NCBI RefSeq assembly: GCF_006345805.1
Contig: NW_021832952.1
Span: 1 to 37,712, forward strand
Direction: 5' to 3'
Source of the DNA: Octopus sinensis
Lineage: Eukaryota
DNA length: 37,712 bases
Of this stretch, positions 1 to 10,905 are shown piece by piece; within the stretch, counting starts at the first letter, position 1, and every line of letters begins with the position of its first letter. The notes under the pieces were generated by a model that was not told the DNA's origin, searched no databases, and saw nothing but the letters and a program-made list of their open reading frames with translations. The position numbers and the translations under genes were made by a program.

Positions 1-332
1 AACTAGTTTTGTTTCTTTTACATGACTAGCCCTTCTAATACAGGACACTAATCTTGCCGGCAAGGAAGGTTGGGTAGGGGGTAGAATAAAATTACAACTA
101 ACACGTTATATAACGACAACTTAAGGTTTCAATGAGGTTATCTTTCTGATCCGGAAGGAGAATCTTGGAAGGAAGAAAGTCTTTTTAGTAGATTTTCATT
201 TCACGGAATTTGGCTTTACAGCGTACTAATTAGCAACAGAGTGATTATTAAGAAAATATGGGTAGGTCTGACAGTACCTACCATTCTCATTAACACGTAC
301 AGAATAATCTTTATTTCGTTTTTCATTTAACG

Positions 333-430
333 TGCGGTAACTTGAGCAAGTGTCTTCTACGATAGTCTCAGTCCGACCAAAGCTTTGTGAATGGGTTTGT
401 TAGACGGGAAGAAAAAAGCCCGTCGTACAT
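333..430 (+). mobile_element. SINE family B, internal fragment
   Basis: cttgagcaagtgtcttctac...ccgaccaaagctttgtgaatgg...aaagcccgtcg matches the CORE-like middle of the fuller copies at 8772-9139 and 14706-15159. Confidence 0.75.
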
Positions 431-773
431 ATATATATATATACAAAGTGAGATAGGGGTTATAAGTGTAACCCACTATGGGATATCATTTATCCAATAT
501 ACTGCCAGTAAAGTACCCAGAAAGGCTAATACATAAATGCTAAGAATTGCAATGCAATTAATTCATTTATTGTATTATATTGGGCGAAGGTAAAATGTTT
601 ACCTCAAATTCATAATATAAAATAAGAAAATGGAGGAATAGATTCTTTCAATCATCAACTACTAGATAATACCAATTCATATAATTTATTACTAATTATT
701 TAGATTAAATAGGACATCCAAATCCAGGTAGTTGATGATTGAGAGAAATCTATTCCTCCACTTTCTTATTTTG

Positions 774-821
<48 letters not shown>

Positions 822-822
822 G

Positions 823-866
<44 letters not shown>

Positions 867-926
867 AATATATGCATATATACATACATATATAAATACA
901 TACCTACATATATATATGCATTTATA

Positions 927-1108
927 CATGCATGTATGGGTACAGGACATCAAATAAACGTTGAACACAATGAGAAACGAAAGCATAAAAACAAAAACAT
1001 AGAAACGAAATTTTTCAAACAACGAAAAAAACAGAGTACAAGACATACAGCACAAGGAATATTCCCCTTCTTCAGTTGTCCCTGTTTCATCTACTCCGCG
1101 TTTCGAAG
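927..1108 (-). repeat. Short (TA)n-embedded interspersed repeat, family F copy 1 (putatively Penelope-derived)
   Basis: Aligns in inverted orientation with 2875-3124 (shared gggtacaggac...gaacacaatgagaaacgaaa...ttccccttcttcag...tttcatctactccgcgtttcgaa). Penelope origin is inference. Confidence 0.7.
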
Positions 1109-1211
1109 CATGTATATATACATATATATGTAGGTATGTATGTATATATGCATATATTTATATTTTATTTATATTATTATATGATCGAACGCCACGCATC
1201 CTTTTCCAAGT

Positions 1212-1243
<32 letters not shown>

Positions 1244-1269
1244 GTTGGGGCGGGGTGCGTATGTGTATC

Positions 1270-1790
1270 CGCCGTCTTCAATCTGACCTCGCCACCTCCA
1301 GTCTATTCGCTCTTCCAACAATCCTTTTCCTTCAAGCACGCCCGCAATCTCTGCAGCCTCCTCGTCCACAACTCCTATCCCATCTCCTGTCCCTCCCCCA
1401 CTGACATCTCTTCCTTTTTTTCTAATACTACGAGACCCAACAGCCACAACTTCCACATTAGATTTCTTCCCCTGCTCTTCCACTATTTAATATATGCCCT
1501 CCAATATTGCCTCTACAATCTCTTCTACAGCAGACGAACTGGCTGCCGTGAGGCCGATAATTCCACGGATCAACTCAGAGACATCCAGCTTGGTAACGGG
1601 TTTGTTGTTTCTTGACATTTCCGTTTCGTTGACCATGCCATTCCATCCAACATCTTTTGGTCTTCAGCATGGCCACTACCTACCCCACCATTCGCCTCCA
1701 GATGGCGCAAGAACTCACTTTACTTTCTTCAAACTTATAGTCCTTTAGGCTTCAACTCTCCTCCGCCATTCACCAGACATTTCTCCACCC
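1270..1790 (+). pseudogene. Penelope-like retroelement remnant, C-terminal GIY-YIG endonuclease region
   Basis: The frame of ORF 1076-1615 reads SFKHARNLCSLLVHN...FHIR...YLIYALQYCLYNLFYSRRTG...DQLRDIQLGNGFVVS*HF...LQTYSPLGFN. This is a decayed match to the PLE pattern (LIY.I.C..C...YIGETGR...HL.DI...V..HF...L.T..P.GLN). A C-rich non-coding tract follows to about 2270. Confidence 0.78.
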
Positions 1791-2570
1791 ACCCCATCGC
1801 TTTACCTGCGCTCTGCCCTGCTCATGTTGCTGCCATGTGACCCATTCACACTCAGTCCCTTCCGACCACCGCCATCTCACTCCTACACCCACCACTTATC
1901 CTTAATACACCTACACCTGCCCCACTAACACAACCGTCCGTCTCTCTACACCCTTTCACAACTCCCACATCTGCATACGCATATACACCCCCATCTCCTC
2001 CACATTTTACTTCCTTACCCACCCACTTACACCAAGCCGGTCCACTCACACATACCTTCTTACACCGTCTCACTAAGATCTTCATACGCACATATATCTA
2101 CTCACTGCCCACCTACATACAAACACATACATACAAGCATACACTTTCAATCTACCTTACCCAAACTTACATACACACACCTATAACATAACGAACAGAC
2201 ATTCATAACCCTACATACACTCGCGCACACACGTTCCCTCCCTCATTCACACAAGTTCTTCTCGCCTTGTTTGGTAACTTTACTTAACATCTTCATGTCT
2301 GGTTCAACTATTACCTTTAAAAGAAGTCAGACTTTGCCAATGACCCTTCCAGCCTGCTTCGATATACAAACGCTCATGTGCGCACACAGCCTTCGTAGCA
2401 CATACGCACACATAAATAACTATTTACTCGCTTCGCTTGACGTATTGAACTTAATTTGCATAGCTGGAGTATGTTAGAGCGCGCACCGCACGAAGCTTTG
2501 TATTTTTTGCTTAGAATACTGAGAAAATAAGTTAATTGTGTTATGCAACCTGGCCAATTGCCTTGTGTAA

Positions 2571-2782
2571 TAATCGTTTTAATTTTTGGCACAAGAACAA
2601 CAAGTTCGGGAGAGGAGGTAAGTTGATTAAATCGACCCAACAGCTCAAATGGTATTTATTTTATCGATCTGCGTAGCGTGAAAGGCAAAGTCGGTCTCGG
2701 CAGAATTTGAATTCAGAATTCAAACATAATGCCGTTAAGCATTTTACCCGGCGAGCTAACGATTCTGCCGGCTCACCACCTT
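2571..2782 (-). mobile_element. tRNA-headed SINE family A
   Basis: Reverse complement gives ggtggtgagccggcagaatcg (A-box-like), ctgaattcaaattc (B-box-like) and ctttgcctttca...gatcgataaaataaatacc...gggtcgat; matches 9762-9978. Confidence 0.8.
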
Positions 2783-2788
2783 GTCTTG

Positions 2789-2842
<54 letters not shown>

Positions 2843-2874
2843 TTACACACACACGCACATACGTATATATGTAT

Positions 2875-3124
2875 TGGATTGTTTCAACGAAGTCGTGTCT
2901 CGCCTTTACATTCGAAACGCGGAGTAGATGAAAGAGAGGCGGCTGAAGAAGGGGAATGTTCCTTTCTGTTGTATGTCTTGTACTCTCTTTTTTTTCGTTG
3001 TTTAAGAAAATGTCCATTTCCTTGGTATTGTGTTTATGTTTTCGTTTCTCATTGTGTTCGACATTTTTTGGTGTCCTGTACCCATATATGCATGTATATA
3101 TACATATAGATGTAGCTATGTACA
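2875..3124 (+). repeat. Family F copy 2
   Basis: Inverted homologue of 927-1108, flanked by (CA)n and (TA)n. Confidence 0.7.
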
Positions 3125-3287
3125 TATATGTATGTATATATGCATATGTTTTATTTATTATTTTGTATTATATATACACAACACATATATATCATGGCGT
3201 AGCTTTCAATCATATAATAATATAAATACTATGTATGTATATATGCATATATACATATATATGTATATGTATTTAATATATATATAT

Positions 3288-3318
<31 letters not shown>

Positions 3319-3414
3319 GATTATATATATATATATATATATATATATAGATATATATAACATACATATACATATATATGTATATATGCATATACATATA
3401 TGTATATAGATATG

Positions 3415-3496
<82 letters not shown>

Positions 3497-3499
<3 letters not shown>

Positions 3500-3705
3500 C
3501 GGGAAGCTTTATGAAAATAAACAAAAGACGAAGGCAGGGGAATACAACAAGCAATTGTATTAGTATGGCGCTCAGGAATATAAATAAAACAAGTCTTTTA
3601 CGTTTCGAGCCTACGCACTTCAACAGAAAGATCACAGAGAAAAGAAACACGGAGAGAAACAAGGAGAGAAAAAAAGCGTGCAGAAGCTAGCGAATCAACA
3701 TGGCG

Positions 3706-3706
<1 letters not shown>
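3497..3706 (-). mobile_element. Short (TA)n-embedded element containing a hammerhead-like motif
   Basis: About 210 bp of non-repetitive sequence bounded on both sides by pure (TA)n; contains the motif at 3595-3630. Confidence 0.55.
3595..3630 (-). ncRNA. Degenerate minimal hammerhead-ribozyme-like motif
   Basis: Minus strand reads CTTT-CTGTTGA-A-GTGC-GTAG-GCTC-GAAAC-GTA-AAAG: stem I CTTT/AAAG, core CUGANGA with A6 changed to U, stem II with one mismatch, GAAA, loopless ACGU stem III, GUA triplet. Confidence 0.45.
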
Positions 3707-3748
<42 letters not shown>

Positions 3749-3751
<3 letters not shown>

Positions 3752-3860
3752 GTTGTTGAACGTTGGGAAGAAGTTGTAAACAAGATGTTATTGATTAATT
3801 AGTTGTTATTATTTATCAAACCTTTTAAAAATATTTAAATTTAAAAAACGGCGGGAACTT
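3749..3860 (+). mobile_element. Mariner 3' end fragment
   Basis: ttgttgaacgttgggaagaagttgtaaacaa...attgatt...aaaccttttaaaaa matches the reverse complement of 7560-7650; starts at the edge of a (TA)n tract. Confidence 0.8.
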
Positions 3861-3877
3861 TTCTTTTTTTCTTTGCG

Positions 3878-4071
3878 ACTGGGTGGGTTAATGGATGCCA
3901 TTGACTCCAGTACTCCACTGGTATATGTATATTTTTCTTTTGTATCGATGCTGAGCGGATGAAAGGCAAAGTTGAGCTCAACTCGGAACGTTAAGAGTCG
4001 GAAGGAATAAGAAATACCACAAATCAGTTTCACTGATGCTCTAACGATTTTTGACTGCTCGATAGTTAAAA
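3878..4071 (-). mobile_element. SINE family A, degenerate
   Basis: Contains tatcgatgctgagcggatgaaaggcaaagttgag and ctaacgatt...gctcg, recognisable as family A in reverse. Confidence 0.6.
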
Positions 4072-5319
4072 AAAAATAGCGATGTGAATAAAATGGCGTG
4101 AACGTAAAACCTCTTCAATTCGATACCGCGTCTTCCACCTCATCAGCGCTCGATACATAATTATTCTGAAACACCGGTGTTAATTGAGTGAGACACAGTC
4201 GATTGAACACAGAAATACTCGAGTGATTAAGAGAAGACAAAAAACAAAAATCTTTTTGCAATGATGAGTTCTTGAGTTCGAATCCACTGCTGCTTCGTTG
4301 GTTCTGTTTTATTTTCCCACAATTTCAGGTCGTAGAATTGAGTCGACAGAATCTATATGGAAGCCTTTCGTCTCACTGGTATTTGATATTAATTTTGAGA
4401 GATTAGAACAATTAGATACGATAAGAACGGCATTTCTCAGACAATTTACAGGCATTTATTAGGGTTAAGAGTGAAGAGCAAGCTGTTTATGTGACATTCA
4501 CGCCTTTCTCTCTCGGCCGGGGGTGTTGGTGTTATGAATCGCTTTTTTACTGTCGCAAATGAATCGATACAAACTGATGCTTAGCTGGGAATCGAACCCA
4601 CTTTACGCCTGTAGACATCTATTCTTCGGCTTGCTTTGTACAAGGAGCATCCAATTTTTGCGTGTCTCTGATACTGTTGAAGGACCTGGACACGGGGCAA
4701 TGCTCGTAGCCTTCGTGTCTCGGGTAATGGTGAAGGACAAGCAGGAAGATGTAAAGATGTAATAACCCTTCATTGGTAGAGTCGGTTGAGCGTTGGATAG
4801 CATGCTTTGCTGGAATTGCTCTGGCGCTATAAACATGTAAAAGAAACATACAGTTTGGAGTATCTCTGATTTTGGTGTTATGGAAGGGCGAGAAAGAGGA
4901 GCTTGTAGCCATGAAGATTTTCCAAGAGCAAGAACTAGCTGATTGCATGTAACTTGAGTACAGACTCATCTGACATGTCAAGAGCGGACCAAAACATTGA
5001 TACATGGTCTCTTGGTTTACTAGAAACCAAATCAACATCGAATAACAGACTAAAAAAATATAAATAACAGTCAAGCATAGTTCAAATCTCACAATTCAGA
5101 AATGATAGTCAAATCGTCCTCAAATCACATCATTTAGAAATAATAGTCAAATCGCCTTCAAGTCACACTATATAAAAAGAGGAGTTAGATCTCCCTCAAA
5201 CTACACAATTCCAAAGTAAATAAGGAGGATGTCAGTAAATAAATAGAGTGTTGGACATACCTTGAAAGAGACGCGTTGATTGTAGGGTTGTCTTTGATTT
5301 GTTCGATCAGAGTTGACCT

Positions 5320-5397
5320 TCGACCACCACAAAAGCCACAACAACAGCAAAAACAACACCAGCAGTCACCACCGCCGTCGCCGCCACCACCACCACC

Positions 5398-5429
<32 letters not shown>

Positions 5430-5870
5430 CAACACCAGTAGCCACCACCACTACCACAACCCAAAACAACTACAACAACAGCTACAATAAGAAACATAAG
5501 AATGACAACTGCGCAACAACGAAACACAACAACAGCAACAAGAACAATAACAATCACAGCTACAAAACTACAACAGCTACAATAACAACCACAAAAACAA
5601 CCACAACAACAGCACTAACATAACCACCAGCATCACGGTTCAACCACCACCATGGCAACAACCACCGCCACCATGAGAAAAACTACCGCCGCCACCGCTC
5701 CCACAATCCCCACTCTCAACCCACTCCCACCACCTCCACCACTACCAGCAATCCCACCACCACCACCACTTGTAGCATCACTCTCACCACCCCACCACAA
5801 CCATAACTACCCCACCACAAACACCACCACTATCACCATGACAACAATCACAACAACCACACACATATAC
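5320..5870. repeat. Degenerate (ACC)n/(AAC)n trinucleotide tract
   Basis: Direct reading; it produces the poly-P/T/N ORFs in the track. Confidence 0.9.
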
Positions 5871-6303
5871 TGATGTCAAAAATGAAGAGATCAATATTAA
5901 GAGGAACAGAGACAGGGAGAGCGGGAGAGAGAGAGAGAGGGAGAGCGGGAGAGAGGGAGAGAGGAAGAGAGTGGAGGTGAGAGAGGGAGACAGAGAAAGA
6001 GAAGGTGAGTGTGAGTAATGTTGTTGTAATGCTGATGCATCAATGTGCAAGGGTGGTGCAGTACTGCATCTGTTGTTGCAGCTGCAACAGTTGATACCTG
6101 CTGATTAATGGAGATGACTGCAGATCTTTCCCCCCACCACCACCACATACACACACAGATATACACACAACTGTAAACATTAACTAGAGCAGTGTGTGTG
6201 TGAGTAGCTATAGCTTGATATGTCTGTGTTTCTGCAGGAATTAATGTACGTATGTTTCCAGGTATGTCTCTATGACTGTTTATGTATTTGTGAATAAGTT
6301 GTG

Positions 6304-6361
<58 letters not shown>

Positions 6362-6380
6362 CTATATATATATATATATA

Positions 6381-6440
<60 letters not shown>

Positions 6441-6597
6441 ATGTATGTATATATGTGTATGTTGAAAGTATACATTACACCTGTATCCCCGTGTTTACGT
6501 GTGTACGTGTTAGTGTGTATGCTTTGTATGTATGTATGCATATATAATATATATATAATATATATATGTGCGTATATACTATGTACACACACACTTT

Positions 6598-6636
<39 letters not shown>

Positions 6637-6640
<4 letters not shown>

Positions 6641-6875
6641 AGTTTTTCCGTCCTTGTTTCGTATACATTCGATCCTTTTTCCAAAGAAACTAATGCTCTT
6701 AGCTTAGTTTTTCCTTGGGGCTGGCCAGATTGGAGCAATCTCAAGATTAATCAGCCGAAATTGCGAGGATGATCCGGTTCTTGACTGAAGATTAAAGGCT
6801 TCGAATTTAAAGTCCGTGTTTTTAGTATCGTCTATTTGGATGTTTTGCGTTCTTGTCCCATTTCGTATTTTTTAT
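6637..6875 (+). repeat. (TA)n-embedded interspersed repeat, family G copy 1
   Basis: Shares tagcttag.ttttccttggggctggcc...ggagcaa.tctca...cagccgaaatt...gatga..cggtt with 17081-17370. Confidence 0.7.
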
Positions 6876-7029
6876 ATATATATATATAGCGACGTACGTA
6901 CACTTTGTTCTCTTATATATGATTGATTCTAGTTTCAGCTCATGAGCTGTGGCCATGCTGGGGCACCATATATATATATATATATGGATATGCTTGTATG
7001 CGCGTTTATATGAATAATATCAGTATATA

Positions 7030-7404
7030 CGTTTCTTTATCATTTGTTTCAGTTGTTCAACTGTGGCCATACTGGGGCACCGCCTTGAAGGGTTTAGTCG
7101 AACAAATCGACCGCAGTACTAATTTTTTTAATTCTAGTACTTATTCTATCTGTCTTTCCAACCGAACCGTAAAGTTACAGAGACGTAAACACACCATCAT
7201 CGTCTGTCAAGCGATGGTGGGGGAACAAACACAGATACGCAAATATATACTTACACGTACACACACACAAACACACATATATATGCCGAGTTTCTTCCAG
7301 TTTCCGCCTACCAAATCCATTCACCAGGCTTTTGTTGGCCCGAGACAATAGTAGAAGACACTTGCCCAAGGTGTCACACAATGGGAGTGAACCCGGAACC
7401 ATGC
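7030..7404 (-). mobile_element. SINE family B, with an extra tail piece at about 6927-6967
   Basis: tgtggccatactggggcaccgcc tail, caaatcgacc...agtacttattctatc, cttccagtttccg.ctaccaaatcc, gacacttgcccaaggtg and aacccggaaccatg head all match 14706-15159. Confidence 0.85.
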
Positions 7405-7437
7405 GCCCGTATGTACATATATATATATATACCTATA

Positions 7438-7488
<51 letters not shown>

Positions 7489-7497
7489 ATATATATC

Positions 7498-7528
<31 letters not shown>

Positions 7529-7529
<1 letters not shown>

Positions 7530-8758
7530 GGGTTGAGCAATTAAGTTCCCACCTAAATTTTTTAAAAGGTTTAATAAAAAAAATAGCAACTAATGAATCA
7601 ATAATGTATTCACCCTTGTTGTTTACAACTTCTTCCCAACGTTCAACAAGATTTTCAATACCTCATTGGTAGAAATCACCTGATTTCGACTCGAAAAATT
7701 GATCCAACCAAGCTCTCAATTCTGCATCAGTATTGAACGAAACTCCGCGCATAGCATTTAAAAGAGATCGAAAGAGGTGGGAATCTGTTGGTGCCAAATC
7801 AGGAGAGTACGGCAGGTGTGACAGCACTTCCCAGCCATGCGTTTGAATGGCTTCCTTGGTCATATTGGCAATATGAGGGCGGGCGTTATCGTGCAGCGAA
7901 GAACTCCATGCTGCCGATTAGGCATTTTCTCTTGAATAGCCGTGTTGAGTCGTTCCATGTATCGAGCATAGAGTTCCGCGTTGACCGTTTGGTTCCGTTC
8001 AAGCAATTCGTAATGGATAATCCCTTCCCAGTCCCACCATACGCACAACATCGTTTTACGCGGATGAAGATCTTGTTTACCGGGACAAAGCCATTCCTTA
8101 CGCTGCTTCATATTGATGTACAGGCACGATTTTTTTTTGTCGCCAGTAACGATTCGGTAAAGAAATCGTTGCCTGTGTCCATGAGTTGAGCGGTGACGAG
8201 CAAGCAAACCAGCAAAGATTGTGGCTCGTTGATTTTTGTTATTGTCACTTAAAGCATGCGGAACTGGTGCTCCATACCTCTGAACCTTTCCCATGCAGTG
8301 AAGATGCTTCTCTATAGCAGTGTGGGAGCATACCAATTTCTGTGCCAGTTTCCTTGTCGTTTGACGAGAATTTTCGTGCAAAAGTTGGTTTAATCGCTCT
8401 TCATCGAACTCAAATTGACGGCCACAACGAGGTACATCTTTGAGGTCAGAATTCCCATTTTTGAACTTAGCATACCAATCATGAGCGGTTCTTTCAACTA
8501 TGGCACCCTCTCCATACATAGCACAAATATCGCGAGCAGCTTTTGCGGCCTTAGAACCTTGATTAAAAGCAAAAAGAAGGAAGTGTCGAAAATGCTCGTT
8601 TTTCTTAACTTGATCTGAAAAATAAACAAAAATTAACTAAAATGAACTAGACAAAAAAAAAATAGATTCCAAAATGATTCAAAAATAGATTCGGAAACTT
8701 AAAAAACCCAATAAATTCCAAAATTTAAAAAAACGGCGGAACTTAGTTGCGAACCCAA
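7529..8758 (-). mobile_element. Full-length decayed mariner (DD34D) transposon
   Basis: Imperfect TIRs (tgggttgagcaattaagttccc at left; reverse complement ttgggttcgcaactaagttccg at right) with TA on both sides. Transposase motifs: WYAKFKNG, PVPHAL (WVPHEL-like), IVTGD, MLCVWWD, HDNA after a frameshift, YSPDLAPTD. Confidence 0.95.
7597..8612 (-). pseudogene. Mariner transposase pseudogene
   Basis: ORFs 7860-8519 and 7663-7863 are consecutive parts in different frames; there is a premature stop after DFYQ and the start codon is deleted. Confidence 0.92.
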
Positions 8759-8771
8759 TATTTTTGTTGTT

Positions 8772-9139
8772 GATGCAGGAGTGACTGTGGTAAGAAGCTT
8801 ACTTCCTAACCACATGGTTCCGGGTTCAGTCCCACTGCGTGACAACTTGGCCGAGGGTATTCTATTATAACCTCGAGCCAACCAAGCCTTGTGAATGGAT
8901 TTGGTAAGCGGAAACTGAAAGAAGGCCATCTTATGTACATATATTTATGTTTGTGTGCCCTTGTGTCTGTCTGTATCCTCACTACCGCTTGACACCGCTT
9001 GCGGTTCGGCCAGTAAGATCGATAAAATAAGAAGCAGACATAACAAAATTCAGTACTGAATTCGATTCAGTCAAGATTCTTCAAGACGGTGCTCCACCAT
9101 GGCCTCGGTCTCGTGACTGAAACAAATGAAATAAAAAAG
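8772..9139 (+). mobile_element. tRNA-headed SINE family B
   Basis: Head gcaggagtgactgtggtaag...ccgggttcagtcccactg (A/B-box-like), CORE-like body, TG-rich spacer, tail gacggtgctccaccatggcc...gactgaaacaa with an A-rich end. Confidence 0.85.
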
Positions 9140-9168
9140 TTAAAAAATCAAAGATAAAGGATAAAAGA

Positions 9169-9208
<40 letters not shown>

Positions 9209-9377
9209 GAGAGATTTCTAACACTGCTGTGGTCGTTGTTATTTTTCATTGATATCACATTCCGTGATTTTTTCTTTTGTTGGCGTTATTGCTGTTTTTA
9301 TGGATGTTGTTCTTACTGATATCATCGTAGCTCAAATTTCTAATGGTGTTGTTGTTATTTCTGTTGTCATCATTAGG

Positions 9378-9975
9378 TCGTCCGTCTTTACATTCTGCGT
9401 TCATTTTCCACTGAGGACGACTTTGCCTTTCATCCTTTCGAGATCGATGAAATATATACCAGTTTGGTCGATGTGATCGACTAGTCCCCCTCCCCGCTTC
9501 AGGCCGTCTGTCTAAAGTAGAAAGGATTACCAGTAATAAGGTGGCGAGCTGGCAGAGCCATTAGCATGCCGGACAAAATGCAGCTAAGCATTTTGTCCGT
9601 CTTTATGTTCTGGGTTCAAATTCCACCGATGTTGACTTTGCCTTTTATCCTTTCAGGGTCGATAAAATAAGTATCAGCAGAGCACTGGGGTCAATGAAAT
9701 CGACTATACTCCGCTCCGCCGAAATTGCTTGGTTTTCGCCGAAATTTTTATTATCATTATTAAAGCAGCTTGCTGGCAGAATCGTTAGCGCGCTGGACGA
9801 AATGCTCAGCGGTATTTCGCCCGTCGCTACGTTCTCAGCTCAAAGTCCGCCGAGGTCGACTTTGCCTTTCATCCTTTCGAGGTTGATAGAATAAGTACCA
9901 GTCAAGAACAGGGGTCGATGTAATCGACTAATCCCTTCCCCCAAAATTTCAGGCCTTGTGCCTAAAATAGAAAGG

Positions 9976-9978
<3 letters not shown>
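9378..9978 (+). mobile_element. Three head-to-tail copies of SINE family A (9378-9529, 9538-9750, 9762-9978)
   Basis: Each copy has ctttgcctt.atcctttc...gat.aaata..ta.cag...ggtc.atg..atcgact; the last two retain the ctggcaga head; followed by (ATT)n. Confidence 0.88.
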
Positions 9979-10030
<52 letters not shown>

Positions 10031-10102
10031 TATTATTATTATTGTTGTTGTTGTTATTATTATTATTATTATATTATATTATTATTATTATTATTATTAT
10101 CA

Positions 10103-10158
<56 letters not shown>
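9978..10158. repeat. (ATT)n microsatellite
   Basis: Direct reading. Confidence 0.95.
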
Positions 10159-10287
10159 TTATGTTTGACTTTTGCTTTGCATTTGTACAAGTTGGCTCCA
10201 AGTCTCACCCAGAGACCTCAAGAGACAACAGATTGGAAGTTCATGCTGGTGTTATGCCTAGGGTGCCATATATTTGGTTTTGTACAT
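10158..10287 (-). mobile_element. 3' UTR fragment of an R4/Dong-like non-LTR element
   Basis: Minus strand ...gaggtctctgggtgagacttgg...ttgtacaaatgcaaagcaaaagtcaaacataaa-(AAT)n resembles the 3' end of the fragment at 31190-31270 (caggacgcttggtgtgtctcgg...ttgtaataaatatgcaaattaaaagt). Confidence 0.55.
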
Positions 10288-10299
10288 ATTATTATTATT

Positions 10300-10836
10300 G
10301 AGTGAGAGAGCAGTTCATGCCATCAAAGTGACACTGGGGTAAAATATACGAAGCCCAATATACCCATCATGACTACCCGTCTGATAAAGGTACACCAGGC
10401 ACATGCATCACAGCCATATGTGCGCGACATGGTGATCTCATATCAAGATAAACAGCACATGACCTTGCAGGTGGGGCCCAGTTAGAATTTTCTTCAGGTT
10501 GAGTAACCCATCCCGCTCAAACGGTCCCTGAATAAGGGTTGTTTAAGGATGTTGAAAGAACCACCCATGTTTCCAGAGGTGAATTATTCAAACCCCAAAG
10601 AATCCCTCTCAACACATGGCTATGATGCTCCCCCACTACTTCTGCTCGTGATCAGAGATGCACATATCGTCAGCCACTAAGGGACATGTTCAACTGGTTA
10701 AGGTCAAACAACTGACAAGCAAATCTGTGGTATTGAGCAGAATATTTGCTGTAGCCCATCTTTTATACCAAACAAAACAATGTACATGATAACACTTCCA
10801 ATCAGTTAAGATCAGAAGCCATGAGAGCCACTGCCT

Positions 10837-10837
<1 letters not shown>
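10300..10837 (-). mobile_element. About 540 bp non-coding element X embedded in (AAT)n
   Basis: Bounded by (ATT)n on both sides; a second partial copy at 31724-31842 has the same end fused to (ATT)n. Strand is inferred from the tail polarity. Confidence 0.7.
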
Positions 10838-10904
<67 letters not shown>

Positions 10905-10905
10905 T

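Noticed and set aside
1613-1615. In-frame TGA in the PLE remnant as a possible selenocysteine codon (as reported for Naiad PLEs)
   Set aside because: It falls at the position before HF that is usually Arg (V..RHF), consistent with CGA-to-TGA decay, and the rest of the frame is heavily degenerate.
4121-4149. Minus-strand CTGATGA...GAAGAC-GCG-GTA as a hammerhead
   Set aside because: No stem II, GAAG instead of GAAA, and stem I does not pair.
4850-4990. Plus-strand VAMKIF as a kinase subdomain II
   Set aside because: No glycine loop or downstream kinase motifs in register, and there are stops nearby.
5276-6010. Pro/Thr/Gln-rich ORFs and a perfect AAG|GTGAGT donor at 6005 as a coding exon
   Set aside because: Low-complexity repeat; the frame leading to the donor has a stop at 5839 and no acceptor between that stop and the donor-proximal sequence.
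6780-6810. CTGAAGA...CGAAT in family G as an intact hammerhead
   Set aside because: It lacks GAAA and defined stems, and the second copy does not conserve the core.
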